Below are positions 36,241 through 64,000 of a stretch of 64,000 bases of DNA, one piece after another; the first letter of the stretch is position 1, and every line of letters starts with the position of its first letter. Where the stretch lies: the NCBI RefSeq assembly GCF_009914755.1, contig NC_060927.1; one strand, written 5' to 3'. Origin of the DNA: the human T2T-CHM13v2.0 reference genome, Homo sapiens. A program made the position numbers and the translations under genes. A model generated the notes under the pieces. The model did not search any database. It was not told where the DNA came from and saw only the letters and a list, made by a program, of their open reading frames with translations.

Positions 36241-37630
36241 GTGGTTTTTTTTTTAAACTTTCATTTTAGGTTTGGGGGTACATGTGAAGGTTCGTTACAT
36301 AGGTAAGCTGTTGTCACAGGGGTTTGTTGTATAGATTATTTCATCATCTAGGCATTAAGCCTAGTACCCAACAGTTACCTTTTCTGCTCTTCTCCCTCCT
36401 CCCCGCTTCACCCTCAAGTAGGCTCCAGTGTCTGTTGCTTCCTTCTTTGTGTTCATAAGTTCTTATCGTTTAGCTTCCTTATAAGTGAGAACATGCGGCA
36501 TTTGGTTTTCTATTTCTGCATAAGTTTGCTAAGGATAATAGCCTCCAGCTCCACCCATGTTCCCTAAAGACATGATCTCATTCTTTTTTATGGCTGCACA
36601 GTACTCCATGGTGATCATGTACCACATTTTCTTTATCCAATCTGTCACTGATGGGCATTTAGGTTAATTCCACATCTTTGCAATTGTGAATAGTGCTGCA
36701 ATGAACATTCGCATGCATGTGTCTTTATGCTAGAATGATTTCTATTCCTCTGGGTATATACCCAGTAATAGGATTGATGGGTCAAATGGTAGTTCTGCTT
36801 TTAGTTTTTTAAGGAATCGCCATACTGCTTTTTACAATGGTTGAACTAATTTACACTCCCACCAGCAGTGTGTATGTGTTCTCCACAACCTCACCAGCAT
36901 CTCTTATTTTTTGACTTTTTAACAATAGCCATTCCGACTGGTGTGAGATGGTATCTCATTGTGGTTTTGATTTGCATTTCTCTAATGATCAGTGACATTA
37001 AGCTTTTTTGCATATGCTTGTTGGCCGCATGTATGTCTTCTTTTGAAAAGTGTCTGTTCATGTCATTTGCCCACTTTTAATGTTTTTTTTCTTATAAATT
37101 TGTTTAAATTCCTTATAGATACTGGCTAATAGATCTTTGTCTGATGCATAGTTTGCAAATATTTTCTCCCATTCTGTAGGCTGTTTACTCTGTTGATAGG
37201 TTCTTTGGCTCTGCAGAAGCTCTTACGTTTAGTTAAATCCCACTTGTCAATTTTTGCTTTTGTTGTGATCGCTTTTGGTGTCTTTGTCATAAAATTTTTG
37301 CCCATTCCTAAGTGCAGGATGGTATTGCCTAGGTTGTCTTCCAGGGTTTTTATAGTTTGAGGTTTTACATGTAAAGTAAATATAAGTGTACATTTACATT
37401 AAGTCTTTAATCCACCTTGAGTTGACTTTTGTTTATGGTGTAAGGAAGGAGTCCAGCTTCAATCATCTACATACGGCTTGCCAGTTATCCCAGCACCATT
37501 TATTGAATAGGGAGTCTTTTCCCCACTGCTTGTTTTTGTCAACTTTGCTGAAGATCAGATGGTCGTAGGTGTGCAGCCTTATTTCTGGGCTCTTTATTCT
37601 GTTCCATTGGTCTATATGCCTATTTTTGTA
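36241..37630 (-). mobile_element. 5'-truncated L1 (older L1PA/L1PB-like), 3' UTR and end of ORF2; same sense as PIK3CB
   Basis: ggtacatgtgaagg...ttacataggta, gtgagaacatgcgg, ggtgtgagatggtatctcattgtggttttgatttgcatttc. Confidence 0.93.
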
Positions 37631-37947
37631 TTAGATATGATTTTTTAAAACAACCATTTGGGTTTTTCTCCCTCTCTTTAAGCAGGCAGTTTCAGGATTA
37701 AGTAGTCACACCCTTAAGCAATCTTTCTTTAAGTCCATGTCTCTGAACTACTTTAAATGGTATTTCCCTGTGTTCCCAGAAATTAGTCAAAAAGCCTGGG
37801 CACTTTCATTTTTAGTTTCTAAAGACTATGAACTAAAGAAAATTATGAAGAAAGATTTACACAACAGCACTTTTAGAAAATCTTTATATCTACCTTATAT
37901 GCTATAAACAAAGTATCTAACTTATCAGAAACTTACATTAGCTCAGT

Positions 37948-42265
<4,318 letters not shown>

Positions 42266-42639
42266 ATCATGCTTTATACGGTTACATGTTTTATTATCCA
42301 ACTTTAATAAATTTTCATGGAAACACTTCTTCACAAGCCCCAGAACATTAGGAGAGCAAAAGAAGTCAGGCTTTGACATGCAAAGGACTTGCCACTGTGC
42401 TATAGCAGGGAGGTGCCAAGCCAACACACAGACTGCATTCCTATACTCACCAATTAAAAATGTTCTGTGTTGAATAAGATATGAATTTTTTTCACATCAA
42501 CATTTTAATTTCCTTCTTGTTCCACAATATGGCCAAAATCCACTACATTTTTGCCCTTAGATATTAGACACAAAAAAAGATCAGTAGCATGAATAGGTGG
42601 AAATTCCCATGTTTTGGGAATTTCCCAGCCTTGATCATT

Positions 42640-43539
42640 TGTAAAAAGTGAAAAACTGTCTCTTCTACCTTCATCACTTCAGACACCAAATGTGAGGGTT
42701 TTCCTACACCAACCAATTCTCCAACTCTCTGGACACCAATTGGGTATCCTACAATTCAATTTTGATGCTACCTGGACTTAGGGCAGATGCTACCAGGTTA
42801 TGGCATTAGTTCCATAAGACTGACTTCCAATTCAGGTGACAATTGCAAATCTCAGGTTATTATTTGTACTTGTGATCAATCAAGGGTTCCCACAAATGCC
42901 CTCCTCAGGTTCAATTTGCTCTAATGGCTCACAAAACTCAGGGAAACACATTTACCCATTTATTATAAAGGATATTACAAAGGATAGAAATGAATAGCCA
43001 AATGAAAAGGTATATATATGTTCTTCAAGGTCCAGAAGGGTTCCAAGTGCAGAAGCTTGTCCCCATAGAATTTGGCTGCACTATCCTCTCAGCATGTGGA
43101 TATATTCACTAACCCAGAAGTCCTGCAAATCCCATTATTTAGGGTTTTTATGGAGGAGGCTCCATTAAGTAGGTATGGTTATTAAGTCATTGGCCACTGT
43201 TAAGTCGGTCTCTGTCCTCCCTCCCCACTCCAGAAGTCCCGGTGTGGAGCTGAAAGTTCCAATCCTCTATTCACGTGGTTGGTTTCTCTGGCAACCGGCT
43301 CCATCCTGGAGCTATCTAGGGACTGTAAGTCTCCATTCATCTTGTCAGCATACAAAAAGACACTTCTATCATTACCCAGATTCCATGGGTCTTGAAAGCT
43401 CTTTTGTCAGGACACTGAGACTAGATCAAACCATTAGAATAATAGATGCTCCTATCACTCAGGAAATGACAAGGGACTTAAGGAGCTCTGTGCCAAAAGC
43501 CACGGCGGAGACCAAATGTATATTCTTTATTATGTCACA
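42640..43539. mobile_element. LTR, MER21-like
   Basis: acttcagacaccaaatgtg...ccaattctccaactctctggacacca...gaccaaatgtatattctttattatgtcaca. Confidence 0.75.
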
Positions 43540-43699
43540 ATTTGTAAAAAGGTAGCTTTGTTCTGACTTATGAGAAGAATACTACATGACCTTCAACTAA
43601 GGATAAAATGTTAGAGACAGTTACGTTAAAATGTATTCATTCATTGCACAAATATTTATTCAGTGTTCCAGGCACTGAAAGAAGATAAAAAGAGGAAAA

Positions 43700-45350
43700 T
43701 ACGGGGAAGGTGTGGGGGTAGGGGGTGTGGGTGTGAGGTTTGAAAATTTACCTGTTGGGCAGTGTTCAGTATTTGGGTGATAAATACACTAAAAGCCCAG
43801 ACTTCACTTCTATGCAATATATGCCCAGACTTCACTTCTATGCAATATATGCATGTAAGAAATATGCATTTATACTCCCTAAATATATATATTTTTAATG
43901 TTTAAGATTAAAGATACAAGTTCCTTGGGTTATATACTTTAATAGATAAGGAGTCCTGAGACCTATATAACTAGGCTATGGGGAATTATGATGTATGACT
44001 AATACGTGTGATACAGGATATGTCTGCACTTGTATTTCTCTTGGGATTCTTGAATTTGTGTTTCTGTCTTTTGCTGACTTTGCCAATAATCTAGTTTCCT
44101 GTGATTATTTCCTTAAGTAGTCTTCCTGAACTGTACTCTTTCTCTTATTTTTCTCAAAGTCAGATTGCACAAATGTTAGACTTTCTAGTATTTTCTCACA
44201 GGTTCCTGGGGCTCTATCGAATTTTTCTCCCATTTTTCTCTCTGTTGTTCAAACTGGAAAATTTGTATTGATTAATCTTTAAGTTCACTGATCCTTTCCT
44301 TTTTCATCACCATTCTGCTATTGGGTCCATTCAGTGTATTTTTAAATTTCAGTTATTATATTTTTTAGTTCTGAATTTTCCATTTGATTCTTCCTTATAT
44401 CTTCTATTTAATGGCTGAAACTTTCTCCCTCTCCAGTCCCTCCTGCTGATTTGCCCTTAGTTGTTATAGCATTTTCATAACTGCTTTAATGTCTTTGTGA
44501 GATAATTCCAACATCTGTGTCATCTCGTCACTGACGTCTATTGAACTATCATTGTCCACACAACTTCAGATTTTCCTCATTCTTTATGTGTCAACTAATT
44601 TTGAATTGTATTCCAGATATTTTGTCTATTATGTTATGAGACATTGGGTCTTGTTTATATCCTATGGAGAATGTTGATATTTTTGTTTTGGGGGACCATA
44701 GTTAGTTAGGTTCAACAGTTGGAAGTTTCCATGAGCCTTCTGTGAGCTACAGTTCCGATACCAGTTCAGTTTTCAAGTCTTCTTGCAGGGCTATTTGCAT
44801 CTGTCCCATGTGTGCACTACACATTAACCAGTTTGAGACTTGGCTAATGGAATATGCCACTGTTCAGTTCTCAAAGTATGTAGACTGTTAAGAGCAGATC
44901 CTCATATGCACAGCTCAGGAATAAGCTTATAAACACAGATAACTTTAAGAGGTTGCTTTCCTGAGCTTATCTCACTCTGCAATGTTCCAAGTATTTTTTA
45001 GTAGGCTGGGGTTCCCCTTTACTTGTTATCCAACCAGAAAGCTGCGGCTTTATTCACTCACACTTCCTGCAACTATGCTAAACACTAGGGGGGTGAGGGA
45101 AGGGGAGACTTACTCCATTCTCTTGTATCTACAACTCCTATAATTGAAACGGACATTCAACTCTGAGTCTTAGGCTCTGCCTGTCCCCGCTTCTCCTGCC
45201 ACTGCCACTGCTACCACCGTTGCTATTGCCACAATACTGTTCAGAGACCGGGGCAATGCAGAAGAGAAAAAAGAAACAAAAAGAGGAGAAAAAGAGGTAC
45301 AATTCATACATTCTCTGAGAGTTAGAAGACCCCTTTCCCACTAGAGCTAT
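43700..45350. mobile_element. L1M remnants (L1MA-like 3' end ~43700-43885; antisense L1M ORF1/5' region ~44010-45350)
   Basis: tacactaaaagcccagacttcac motif; T-rich degenerate L1 sequence. Confidence 0.65.
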
Positions 45351-45460
45351 AAACAGCTATAAATAATGTCATCTTCTAGACTTTAGGCAACACTGAGTTC
45401 AGGCTTCTGCTGAATATTAATTAAGATGTACACATGAAAGAGGAAAACACTACAAGGCTA

Positions 45461-45770
45461 GCCAGGCTCGGTGGCTCATGCCTGAAATCCCAGCACTTTG
45501 GGAGGCTGAGGCAGAAGGATCACTTGAGCGGAGGAGTTCAAGGCCAACCTGGACAACACAGTGAAATCTCGTCTCTATAAAAAGTCAAAAAAAAAAAAAA
45601 TTAGCTGGGTGTGGTGGTGCATGCCTGTAGTCCCAGATATACAGGAGTCTGAGGCAGGAGGGTATCTTGAACCCAGGAAGTCAAGGCTGCAGTGAGCCGT
45701 GTTTATCCACTCCACTCCAACCTGGGTGACGGAGCAAGACTGTCTTTAAAAAAACAAAAAACAAACAAAA
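45461..45770 (+). mobile_element. Alu (J-like)
   Basis: Alu consensus. Confidence 0.92.
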
Positions 45771-45919
45771 AGCCCTACAAGGCCAAGGAAAGATTGATCA
45801 GGAAGCTATATGCTACAGAATTCCAAGCACTCCCACAGAGATGGAAGATGTTCAAGTGCCAGGGAGGCAGAGTGGTGAGTCAACACTGAACATTTGGGAT
45901 TTCTGTTATAGACCTCATA

Positions 45920-46406
45920 CAGAGTCATGTGTCCTATATGATCTCTCAGACTGCAAATACGATGGATTAGACGCCTGTGATTAGGTTATACTATATGATA
46001 CTGTCAGCTTTAAGGAGGGCAGAGAATCCTCAGTGAGACTGACTTATTTGTTGAACCCTTAAAAGACACTCAGCTCTTCCTAGCAAAAGAGTCAAAGAAT
46101 GAGAAAATTTGATGCGTGAGAAATTTTCCAGACTTAAAAGTTAGACAGGGCCACAGGGCAAGGATCTGAGAGCTGTCTCTAGTTACAGAGAGAAGACCCC
46201 AGCCAACAGCCAGCAGGGAATTGGAGACTTCAGGCCTACAATCACATGGAACAGAACTGGGCCAACAACTTGAATCAGTTCAGAAGCAGACTCTTTCAGA
46301 GCTTTCAAAAAGGAGTGCAGCCAAAGTACACCTAGATTGCTGAGCTAGTAAGTAAATGTTGTTTTAAGTTTATGGTATTTTGTTATCCAGCAACAGAAAA
46401 CTAACA
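45920..46406 (+). mobile_element. MLT1-family LTR
   Basis: agccaacagccagcagggaa...ttttaagtttatggtatttgtta...gcaacagaaaactaaca. Confidence 0.75.
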
Positions 46407-47993
<1,587 letters not shown>

Positions 47994-48003
47994 GAAGGTC
48001 TAC

Positions 48004-48591
48004 TATAATGGTTAATTTTATGTGTCAACTTGATTAGGTCACAGGGTACCCTGGTATTTGGTCAAACATTTTTCTGGGTGTTACTAATGAGATATTTGGT
48101 CAAACATTATTCTGGGTGATTTTGGATGTGATTAACATTGTGATCAGTAGACTGGGTAAAGCAGATTGCCCTCCCTGATGTAGGCTAGCCTCATCCAACT
48201 AGCTGAATACCTGAAGAGAACAAAGACTGACCCTCCCCAAGTAAGACAGAATTCTTCCTGCTTGACTGCCTTGTAACTGGGACATTGGCTTTTTTCCCTG
48301 CCTTGGGACTCTAACTGAAACATTGGCTCTTCCTGGGTTTGAGTCAAGCCTACCAGCCTTCAGATAGGAACTACACCCACTGGCATTCCTGGTTCTCAGG
48401 CTTTCAGATTCAGACTGGAACTCAACCACTGGCTCTCTTGGGTCTCCAGTTGCCCACCTCCATAATCATTTAAGTCAATTTCTTATAATAAATCTTCTAT
48501 ATTTTTTGCTTATTTATATGTGATAATATAGATATAGCTATACATATTGTATCCTATTGGCTCTGTTTCTCTGGAGAACCCTGAGTAATCC
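48004..48591 (+). mobile_element. MLT2 LTR (ERVL)
   Basis: tataatggttaattttatgtgtcaacttga ... tatcctattggctctgtttctctggagaaccctga. Confidence 0.9.
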
Positions 48592-49158
48592 ATTTACCCT
48601 TATCACTTCTATTTGAAATTGTACTGGGATTCTTAGCCAGTGCATACAGGAAAGAAAAAAGTTTGGAAAGAAAGATGTAAAGCTGCCACCTTTTTTCAGA
48701 TTTTGCTTTAACATTCTACTGGAGCTCCTCACCTGTGTAGCAAGGTATATCTACAGGAAAATCATGTCATAATTACATTTAATGTACTCAAATTCAACTA
48801 TATAATCCTGCTGGGGAGAAGAAAGAAAAAGAGAACTACAGTGCTAGGTACGGTGGGGTGAGGTACATACATTAAATACTACCTGTCATTAAGCCCATTA
48901 ATCCTCTCCATGAACATAACAACGGCAAACAATAGAATCAATCAAGCTTGATACCTGATAGAAGTGGCAAAACATATGGACATAAAATGTCAATGACTTT
49001 ATTGGGTTTCTGACCACTGACAAAGGAATAACGCATAATGCTTGAGAAAAAATAAAACACGAATGAAGGCTTCTTGGATATTCTTTAGGAAGAAATTAAG
49101 TAAAGGGCTGCAGAGAAATACCAACCATAAACAAATCAAAGAACTGATAAATTATCTA

Positions 49159-50732
<1,574 letters not shown>

Positions 50733-50759
50733 TTAATGATAGCTACTCAAAGAATCTTC

Positions 50760-51760
50760 TTCTAAAATTGCATATATTTAAGGTGTACAACATTGATGTT
50801 TTAATATAGAATGAAGTGCTTGCTACACAGTCAAGTAAATCAACATATCCATTACCACACACACTTTTCTTTTCTGAGGAGCGGTAAGAGTACCTAAAAT
50901 CTACTTTCCTAGCAAATTTCCTGTATACAATATTATTAACTATAGTCTTCATGTTGTATATTAGATCTCCAGAATTATTCAACCAAGATAACTCTTTGTA
51001 CCTTCAAATTATTTCTCTCAACTTTTTTCACAGCCTCACCCACTTGTCTAACACCAAAGGCGGTAACCACCCTTCTACTCTCCCCCAAAATCTTTAATAC
51101 CCATGTACAAAAGCAAGACATTGGTAATTTTTGGCAAGGGGCTCCTGAATATATCTTCAAGCAACAAACATTTCAAACAAACCAAATCTCTTTCTTGGAT
51201 CACAAAAATTATTCACTTAATTTCCTACCCAGCAAATTAGGGAAAATAAATGCTTTATACTCTGAGACAAAATGCTTTGTTAAGTCTTTATTTAAATGTA
51301 TGGGATTGAGCAATAAACCCCCATGTGTTAACAACTTGTGGTCCATAACGTAGTAATCTATTTTCTTCCAGGAAATGGTATTACATGTTCTCTGTGCTCA
51401 GTTTAAAAGGAAAGAAAAGAAAAAAAAAAAAAAAAAAAGACTGAAAGAGGGGTTCAGTGCAGCTCTAGGCAAGGCTGAGAGAGGAGAGTAAGCTTGCATA
51501 AAAACATGAGATCTATAGTTTTGGCTTAACTTTCACTTGCTGAAATTTAACATATTCATCATCACATATAGTTACCTTTGTTTTTTTTGAGTAAGGAGTG
51601 GTAAGAGTACCTAAAATCTACTCTCCTAGCAAATTCCTGTATAAAATATCATTAACTATAGTCTTCGGGTTGTACATTAGCTCTCTAGAATTATTCAACC
51701 AAGATAACTCTACTTTGCACCTTTGAATTATTTCTCTCAACTTTCTTCACAGTCTTACCC
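50760..51760 (-). mobile_element. L1MA-like 3' UTR fragments (50760-51085 and ~51545-51760)
   Basis: ggtaagagtacctaaaatctact...cattagatctccagaattatt motif present twice. Confidence 0.8.
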
Positions 51761-52048
51761 ATCTATATTATATATTTCTTCTATATAATATATAGAAGAA
51801 ATATGTAATATATACTGGAAAAATAATGTCAATCTTTCCAGTAGATCTCTAATGATTCAAAAGTCTTTGAATTTTAAAACAAAATTTTAAAATTTTAAAA
51901 CAAAAATTCTCAATAGTCTTATAATAAATTACCATATTCTATATCATGTAATTGATCAATATGGGTAAAATTCAATCTCCAATGTGACATTATTGAGCAT
52001 ATCAGTGAGTTATTCAAATACTGGAGCGGATGGCAAATTCAAATCTTA

Positions 52049-52195
<147 letters not shown>

Positions 52196-52296
52196 CTAGC
52201 AATGCAATTGTCATCAGTTCTAATGTCTATTGGCAAAACTATGAAAATAGAGCTCTAAACTAACAACTGAAAGTCACATATACTAAATTAAGCATT

Positions 52297-52595
<299 letters not shown>

Positions 52596-53291
52596 TTAAT
52601 TAAGCATTATAACCCCTAGCACTTGGCTTTCATGGCAAAACATAGGCAGCATTCCACTAATGCTAAGAGATTTCACTAAATTAAAAAGCATTAACAAATA
52701 GTAATAAAAGCTTTGTATAAATTAAGAGCTGACCATTTATATTAATATAGAAATAACATCATCAAGGAGTAGTTCAATATACAATTTGTGACGACTGAGT
52801 AACTGACTAAAAAGTATTAACTGTTCAAATAAAGACAAAGTTAAAATTTGCTTTATACAAATATATTACATTCTGAAAAACAATAGTGCCCTTCATATAT
52901 GTTTAGTACTAAAAGAATTCAGTATTAAGAAGGCAGGCAAATTATACCAAAAATACTACCATAGTTAAGCTGATAGAAATGAAATATACTGGTTAATTCA
53001 ATTATTTCTGCACATCTAACTTTTCTACTAGGATGTCTCCAATTACTCATTGAAGTCCTATATTTAAATCAAAATCTCTAATTTGATGGCATTTTTCTTC
53101 GGCAGAAAAAGACATCAAAAATATAAACGGCATATTTACATTTAATTGTGGCTTGAGTAAAAATAATAGTATCTAGAAAGATAATTTTTAAATAAATGGT
53201 GATCGATTTTTGGCAAATATGTATTGGTTTTCACAGAAGGAGAAGTGAGCAAAGGAAATATGTGTGAAACTTATGTAAACTAACACAATCA

Positions 53292-53504
<213 letters not shown>

Positions 53505-53651
53505 CTATAGGGGCAAGAAAGGGGAAGGTATTGATTTTCATGCCAACACCTAAATCAATAGAATAAAATGAAGCTGAACAACACTATATCAAATGCACTG
53601 TGAAAGTATGTCTTAAACCACAGCAGAATATCAAGAAATTAAAAAAAAAAA

Positions 53652-57202
<3,551 letters not shown>

Positions 57203-57700
57203 TAAAAACTTACACATTTCTCACTGGTAAGAAGACAGCCATACTTTATACGAATTAAACCATAATTAGCAATTACGTCCAATTTTAGAGACATGTAAAT
57301 AGAAACATATAGAAATTCTAATCAATTAAAAATGAAGATATAGTTTGGAATCGATATAGCATTACCAAATCTGTTCATCATAAGACTGAATGATACAGTT
57401 AACACCTGAATCCTCTCATAATCTAGCAAGGTAATTTTTCATTATATGATCATATACTAAAGATATAAGAAGCTATCTCCCAAAGCAACCAACTGCTACT
57501 CTGAACAACTAACTTATTGCTATTCTCTATACTGACCTGACATCAATTCCATAATATTTTCCACTAATTTAATTTAAATAAATCACTCCCCTGAATTTAA
57601 GATGTCTTACATTCAAACTTTTAAAAACTAAACTTACTATTTCACATCTATTTTTTCCAGTATTTTACTTGTTCTTCTGTGTTTTCTATGAGTTGGTGCC

Positions 57701-59173
<1,473 letters not shown>

Positions 59174-59358
59174 GTGTCACACACATCAAAGAACACAGGC
59201 TAGGATGCTAGGAATCATTTTGAGAAGTCGCATGCCTCCTCTTTCCTCCTTGACCTCACCTCCCAGTAAGACACCAATGATCTTATATCCTAATAGTTTT
59301 CCCATATTTCAAGCAGTTGTTCATTATCACTTTCAATGACTTCATGAAATATTGTACC

Positions 59359-60541
59359 TTTTTTTTTTGAGACAAGGTATCCCTCTGTCGCCCAAGCTGA
59401 AGTGTGGTGGCGCAATCTGGGCTCGCTGCAAACTCCGCCTTCTGGGATCAAGCAATCCTCCCACCTCATCCTCCTGGGTAGCTGGGACTACAGATGTGCA
59501 CCACCATGCCCAGGTAATTTTTGTACAGATGGGGTTTCACCATGTTGCCCAACCTGGTCTTGAACTCCTGGGTTCAAGAGATCCTCCCTGTTCAGCCTCC
59601 CAAAGTGGCTGTGCGCCACCTCACCTGGTAAAGCCAGTGTTCTCAAGTTGAACTCTCATCACCTTTCAACAGTAAATTCCCCTATTCTACCTCTCTTGAC
59701 CACGGAGAATTCCTTAAACAGTATTGTAAATTTGACCTTGACATTTTAATGATACTCAAATCTTGACTTAAATTGAACTTTAGACTCAACGTATCTCAGG
59801 ACAGAATGACAAATGGTGTTTTTCCCTAGATAAACTTACTTGTTTAGAGAAAATGCCTGAAGGCAGAATCTTTTTTTCACATCTGTCCTAACAAATACTT
59901 ATTAACATGTTGTCTAAAAGGAGGCAAAACTGGGTAAAACCAGAGACACCTGGATGAAATCCTGGCTCTACCACTGACCAGCTATGAGGACTGGCACAAA
60001 ACACTAAACTTGTCTTCCTTTCAGTCTCTTCACTGTAAGATGGGGGAAAGACAACAACACTTGTAAGGTTGGTGTGGGAACTGGAGAATATATGAAAAAT
60101 AAGCCATACCAGGAATTATGCAGAATAAGTGCTCAACACAGAACAACGACTGTTAAGTCATTGAGCACTTACCCTGCATAATTGGTTGTTGTCATTGCTA
60201 TGGTTATTCACAGTAATTCAAGAACAAAACAAAACAAAACATCTGGCTGTGTGCAGTGGCTCATGCTTGTAATCCCAGCACTTTGGGAAGCTGAGGTGGG
60301 TGGATCATCTGAGGTCAGAAGTTTGAGACTAGCCTGCCAACATGATGAAACCCCATCTCTACTAAAAATACAAAAATTAGCCAGGTGTGATGGCAGGCGC
60401 CTGTAATTCCAGCTACTCAGGAAGCTGCGGCAAGAGAATTGCTTGAGACTGGGGGGCTGAGGTTGCAGGGAGCCAAGATTGCGCCATCGCACTCCAGCCT
60501 GGGCAACAGAGCAAGACTCCGTCTAAAAAAAAAAAAAAAAA
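59359..60541. mobile_element. Alus 59359-59626 (-) and 60245-60541 (+); MIR-like ~59930-60140
   Basis: Alu consensus; aatcctggctctaccact MIR core. Confidence 0.85.
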
Positions 60542-60841
60542 TCCTTGAGTTTCTACCTTAATCTAATGCCAGACCCTAGATGCTAGAACCACTATACTTG
60601 ATACAACAGTAGTAGCATCATCTAGTTTGTATAATTGCTATGAACATTCAGAAATGGATGGGCTGTATATCAACTCTATTATAATGCCTACTTCCATATC
60701 ATTAATTAATTCACATAGTCACAGAATGCAAATTTAAGAATATGGAAACAAAGAGACCATTTTGATTAGGCTTTCATTTCTACCGATGGGGGAGAAAAGT
60801 CACATGAGAAAAAAATATTTCCAATAAGGAACACTATCTAG

Positions 60842-61037
60842 ACCAGCAACTGGCAAACTTTCTCTGTAAAGGACCAGGTTTGGCAAACAACATACAACAC
60901 AGTGGTCTCTGTTGCATATTCTTTTTACTTCTTCTTCTTTTAAACATCCCTTTACAAATCTTTGAGGTTTTTTTCTCTTTTTAACATCCCTTTAAAACTG
61001 TAAAAACCAATTAAACAGTCCAGTTTGCCAATCCCAT
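60842..61037. mobile_element. hAT DNA transposon remnant, MER58-like
   Basis: Inverted ends tggcaaact ... agtttgcca; tctgtaaagg motif. Confidence 0.7.
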
Positions 61038-61150
61038 TCTAAATCACCATTCCACTGTATCAAAACAGATACGTGTACAGAATATCACTTTAGACTATTA
61101 TATATAATCCTAAATACATTTCTATCTGAAATATAAAATTGTTCTTTCTA

Positions 61151-61492
<342 letters not shown>

Positions 61493-62182
61493 TTAAAGGT
61501 GTCATTTTCAGTAACTAACAATAATAAAAGAATATAGAAAGAATACAAAGTATATTCAACAAAAACTAACTTGGATGTTGGATGCTTGGCTTTTATCAAG
61601 CAGATGAAACTAGGGAGGAAAATACCATTAAAGATCAAAAAACCCAGATAAAACAATAAATCTCATGTACAGAAGACAAACATACAATTATATTTTTTTA
61701 AAAAATACAACTCAAAACCTCATAAAGAAATGTAGTTTGCCTACCAGTTTTACAAAGTAATTCACAATACATATTTTAAAGCCACACATAAAAGATTCAT
61801 TGTTTTTATTTACAAACCAAGTATTAATAAATCACATTTAAAATATGTGAGAAAGACTAAGAATCTGAAAAACAGTTTCAATACTATATTAGAAGAAAAC
61901 TAAGAATCAAGTTATTATTTCACCAAAACTTGGTATACTATGGGAATGGCTACAATACACAGGGGCAGAGGGAATACGGAAAATCTCTGTATCTTCCTCT
62001 CAATTTTGCTGTGAACCTAAAACTGTTCATAGTCTTTAAAAAAACAAAAACAAACCAAAGAAAACCTAGTACACTTAAATTTTATAGACTGAATTTTCAG
62101 TTCATTGTGATTTTTAAATGGTTATCATATATTGTTTTAGTTAGTCAAAAATCCCATAAACATAAAATTGTTCTTTATTGTT

Positions 62183-64000
<1,818 letters not shown>

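Noticed and set aside
43175-43555. 126-aa ORF
   Set aside because: Lies within a MER21-like LTR; no recognisable domain

Overview
Human-type (Alu-rich primate) genomic DNA covering the middle of PIK3CB (PI3K catalytic subunit p110-beta) on the minus strand. I can read 15 consecutive GT-AG coding exons (61479 down to 687; 2107 nt), with consistent phases, encoding roughly residues 133-835: ABD-RBD linker, RBD, C2, helical domain and kinase N-lobe with the catalytic Lys in IFKNGDD. Residue numbers come from my recollection of the 1070-aa reference protein. The introns hold about 50 Alus, LTRs (THE1/MST, MER68, MER21, MLT1, MLT2), L1 remnants, a Tigger2 and simple repeats. Nearly all non-exonic ORFs in the track are Alu or low-complexity artefacts. 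I see no evidence of a new multi-gene system. The most notable unexplained structures are: (1) a 202-bp, ~95% identical copy of an exon 3' end plus its splice donor and intron start, so that direct repeats flank the catalytic-lysine exon; (2) a candidate poison alternative-donor module with in-frame TAG-TAA-TGA inside the Gbeta-gamma-binding-loop coding region; (3) several templated-insertion and recombination scars.
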